DNA from: Lachnospiraceae bacterium
GTDB lineage: Bacteria > Bacillota > Clostridia > Lachnospirales > Lachnospiraceae
Assembly: GCA_045640945.1 (NCBI GenBank)
Contig: JAZUGA010000087.1
Location: forward strand, 1 to 45,791
DNA length: 45,791 bases
Direction of reading: 5' to 3'
Positions within the stretch are counted from its first letter, which is position 1. Each line of letters starts with the position of its first letter. Under the pieces are notes generated by a model. That model saw only the letters and a list, made by a program, of their open reading frames with translations, searched no databases and had not been told where the DNA came from. The translations under genes were made by a program, and so were the position numbers. Shown piece after piece: positions 43,407-45,791 of the stretch.

Positions 43407-44824
43407 TGTAATACAACGACAAATGTCTTAAATAATATTTTCAGATCCAAACGGATATTCCAGGTCCGGATGTAGGTGTTATCCAGTTTCACTACTTCTT
43501 CAAAATCTGTAATCTGATTCCGTCCGCTTACCTGCCACAGACCGGTAATTCCAGGCTTAAAGGAAAGTCTTGCCTTGTGATGGGCTTCATATCGCTCAAA
43601 CTCTTCCAATGTTGGAGGTCTGGTTCCGATAAGGCTCATGTCGCCTTTCAGAACGTTAATGAACTGCGGGAATTCATCCAGAGACCATGCACGGATTTTT
43701 TTACCGATGCCCGGAATAATTCTCGGATCGTTTTTCATCTTAAACATGAAACCGTCCATTTCATTCTCCGCCATCAGTTCTTTTTTACGTTCCTCCGCAT
43801 CCATGTACATGGAACGGAATTTATAGAAATAGAAACGACGTCCATTCTTACCGATCCTTATCTGCTTGAAAAAGGCCGGACCAGGATCCTTTGCCTTGAT
43901 CAGCGGAGCAAGAATCAAATATAAAATTCCAGTAATGATTACGCCTACTAATCCTGCAATAATATCTAACAGACGTTTCAGGAACAGCTGCCAGGAAGCC
44001 GCCACGTTATTGCTGGTGGTAATAACTACTGCATCTCCCATCTTTTCAACTGCTACGTTTGGAAGGTCTTCGGTTTTATTTAAAACGCCTAAGCGGACCG
44101 TAATGCCTGCCTCCAGGAAATAAGAAGTCAGTTCTCTTTCCTGCTGAACGTCCGTCAGGGCGATAAATACTTCGTCAACAACCTCTGCCAGCACATATGC
44201 TTTCAGGTTTTCATAATTGCAGACAATATCATATTCGATAGCCGAATCCAAACGAGCCTGCACTTTTTCGCCCACACGGTCTTCATCCAGTAAAGCGATA
44301 CCTTTTACTGCAAAAGGATTATACGGTTTTGCTGAAACCGCTTCTTTACAGAAATTCAGATGTTCCTTATCCGTAACAAGCAAGAGCCAAGGCATAACCC
44401 CCTGGGTTCTTATCCTGCGCCGCAGAAAGTTCTTCCACAACAACCGGTAGCCATATATGCATATGACGCCAAAAATTGCTGTCAGACCGAAAACCATGCG
44501 GCTGAATAAAGAAGACTGCTGAGTGATGAACATGTAAAGAATCAGCATCAGCATTGTTAGCGCAATCTGAATAAAAACTCTTATGAATTCACTTTTTTTA
44601 CCTCTTTGAAGGATGCTTTGGTAAGTCTGAGTGATTAATGCAATCAGAACGTAAAATACCAGCATCATGATTCCCAATCTGGTAAAGAGAGCCGTTCTGT
44701 TTGCAGACAAAGAAAAATTGTGCCGGAATAAAACAACCAGAATATATACGGCTGCCAGCACAATCAAATCAAATATTGTAAAATCCAAATGTTTCAGCCA
44801 AGATTGGCCATTCTTCTTGTACAT
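43388..44824 (-). CDS. Polyprenyl glycosylphosphotransferase (WbaP/CpsE-type bacterial sugar transferase)
   Basis: 478 aa with N-terminal TM helices. The C-terminal domain shows F.Q.R.G..G..F...KFRSM, DPR....G...R..S.DE.PQ, and L.GDMS.+G.RP. Confidence 0.9.
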   Translation of the reverse strand: MYKKNGQSWLKHLDFTIFDLIVLAAVYILVVLFRHNFSLSANRTALFTRLGIMMLVFYVLIALITQTYQSILQRGKKSEFIRVFIQIALTMLMLILYMFITQQSSLFSRMVFGLTAIFGVICIYGYRLLWKNFLRRRIRTQGVMPWLLLVTDKEHLNFCKEAVSAKPYNPFAVKGIALLDEDRVGEKVQARLDSAIEYDIVCNYENLKAYVLAEVVDEVFIALTDVQQERELTSYFLEAGITVRLGVLNKTEDLPNVAVEKMGDAVVITTSNNVAASWQLFLKRLLDIIAGLVGVIITGILYLILAPLIKAKDPGPAFFKQIRIGKNGRRFYFYKFRSMYMDAEERKKELMAENEMDGFMFKMKNDPRIIPGIGKKIRAWSLDEFPQFINVLKGDMSLIGTRPPTLEEFERYEAHHKARLSFKPGITGLWQVSGRNQITDFEEVVKLDNTYIRTWNIRLDLKILFKTFVVVLQRKGAK

Positions 44825-44878
44825 GGGTAAATCCTACCACAATGGATGCCATAATACAAATTATCGCATGTTCTAAAA

Positions 44879-45595
44879 TTAGTTCATTTTATGAAAAGCA
44901 ACGTACATCCAGGTATCAGCCTGTCCGTTGGTAATCATATATCCGTTCATTCCCGTTTCCGCCTGAAAGTCCGGATCACAGATAAAGGTCTTTCCGCCAT
45001 AATTGATTTCTACCCAGGAGTGCAGCGTAAGTGCATAATCTCCTGGAACATAACCGGAAATCTGATGAGCATCATAGCCTAAGAGCAAAGCGCAATAATA
45101 AAAAGTTGCCGCCATTACATAACAGTTTCCCATGCCATGCTCATAACCATACTTTGCAAACCAGGCAGAGCCGACGGAATCATCAACAACATTGGTTTCA
45201 TAAGGCATGCTTGCACACCAGTTAAAACATCTGGCAATGTTATAGTCCAGCTCATCTACTAAAAGAGCCGCCTCCTGAACCGCCTGGTTGTTTACTCCGT
45301 TTGGCGCAATAACATAACCATCAATTACCGTATTTTTGGCCATGGCCCCTTTTATATGTTCTTCACTGGTGTCCTCGTAGAAGTAGTAAAAATCATTTCC
45401 AATGGTCACCCAGCCAAGACCTAAGCTTCCATCTTCCCGGAAATAAAAACGGTCTCCGTTATAATCAAACCAGCCAGTGAAGACTTCTGGCTGAGTTTCT
45501 TTTTCTTCTCCATAAACCGGCATCACAAAAGTAAGAGCTGCCAAAAGGATGCTCATCAAAACACATATATAGGATTTTCTCCGGTTATTTTTCAT
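44879..45595 (-). CDS. Secreted protein with cell-wall-binding repeats plus a transglutaminase-like cysteine-protease core
   Basis: 238 aa with a signal peptide. Cell-wall-binding repeats of the GW..xxGxxYYF type are present (GWFDYNGDRFYF, GWVTIGNDFYYF). A Cys...His...Asp arrangement is present (GMGNCYV ... HSWVEI ... CDPD). Confidence 0.65.
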   Translation of the reverse strand: MKNNRRKSYICVLMSILLAALTFVMPVYGEEKETQPEVFTGWFDYNGDRFYFREDGSLGLGWVTIGNDFYYFYEDTSEEHIKGAMAKNTVIDGYVIAPNGVNNQAVQEAALLVDELDYNIARCFNWCASMPYETNVVDDSVGSAWFAKYGYEHGMGNCYVMAATFYYCALLLGYDAHQISGYVPGDYALTLHSWVEINYGGKTFICDPDFQAETGMNGYMITNGQADTWMYVAFHKMN

Positions 45596-45604
45596 TGGCT
45601 GCTC

Positions 45605-45791
45605 CTATTTTCTTCGTACCAACCGGTTCTTAATCTGCCCAACCGTTTCCACAGTAAAGGACTCTTTTGTCGCCATCAGTATAACAAAATCCACGGCGAA
45701 AAACAAAACTGCAGAAATAATCAGAATAATAAAATTCTTTAATTCGATTCCCATGGAATCCTTTAGCGGAAGAAGCAGAACCCAGAAAGAC
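45605..45791 (-). CDS. C-terminal end of a membrane protein (or a 49-aa small membrane protein) running off the window
   Basis: An open frame runs from the window edge, ending ...MGIELKNFIILIISAVLFFAVDFVILMATKESFTVETVGQIKNRLVRRK with stop TAG at 45607..45605. Its end overlaps the SD of the next gene. Confidence 0.35.
   Translation of the reverse strand, partial: SFWVLLLPLKDSMGIELKNFIILIISAVLFFAVDFVILMATKESFTVETVGQIKNRLVRRK

Overview
This window looks like core chromosome from a low-GC Gram-positive, Clostridia-like bacterium; that assignment is inferred from gene content and Shine-Dalgarno style. It is densely coded and mostly housekeeping.

Gene content, left to right:
- The start of the S10 ribosomal-protein operon (rpsJ-rplC-rplD') behind a long structured leader.
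- A UvrD/PcrA-type helicase with a perfect LexA (Cheo) box in its promoter.
- An EamA transporter.
- A two-gene module: a B12-binding-domain enzyme of unknown function plus an opine-dehydrogenase-family enzyme.
- A five-gene minus-strand operon (three esterases, a tandem calycin/MoaF-like protein, one unknown), divergent from a clostridial-type enoate reductase.
- A 1355-aa surface protein gene next to tRNA-Gln.
- A fakB-fakB-fakA-plsX-GT2 operon.
- yhaM-mutS2-DUF2284, trmL, and telA-xpaC.
- A complete nine-gene histidine operon with a fused hisZ-hisG.
- The start of a polysaccharide locus.

No CRISPR array, rRNA, transposase, integrase or recognisable defence system is visible.

Most unusual observations:
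1. The giant surface-protein gene is bracketed by about 78-nt direct repeats derived from the tRNA-Gln 3' end plus its terminator.
2. An adjacent gene-free 290 bp carries four exactly 35-nt CCGTC-N25-GACGG units.
3. The B12-domain/opine-dehydrogenase pair has no assignable pathway.
4. The esterase, calycin and enoate-reductase locus may process phenolic esters.
5. Several genes lack a Shine-Dalgarno sequence but have promoter elements placed so that transcription would start at the ATG (leaderless candidates).

All functional calls rest on motifs I recognise by eye in the translations. No database search was run.
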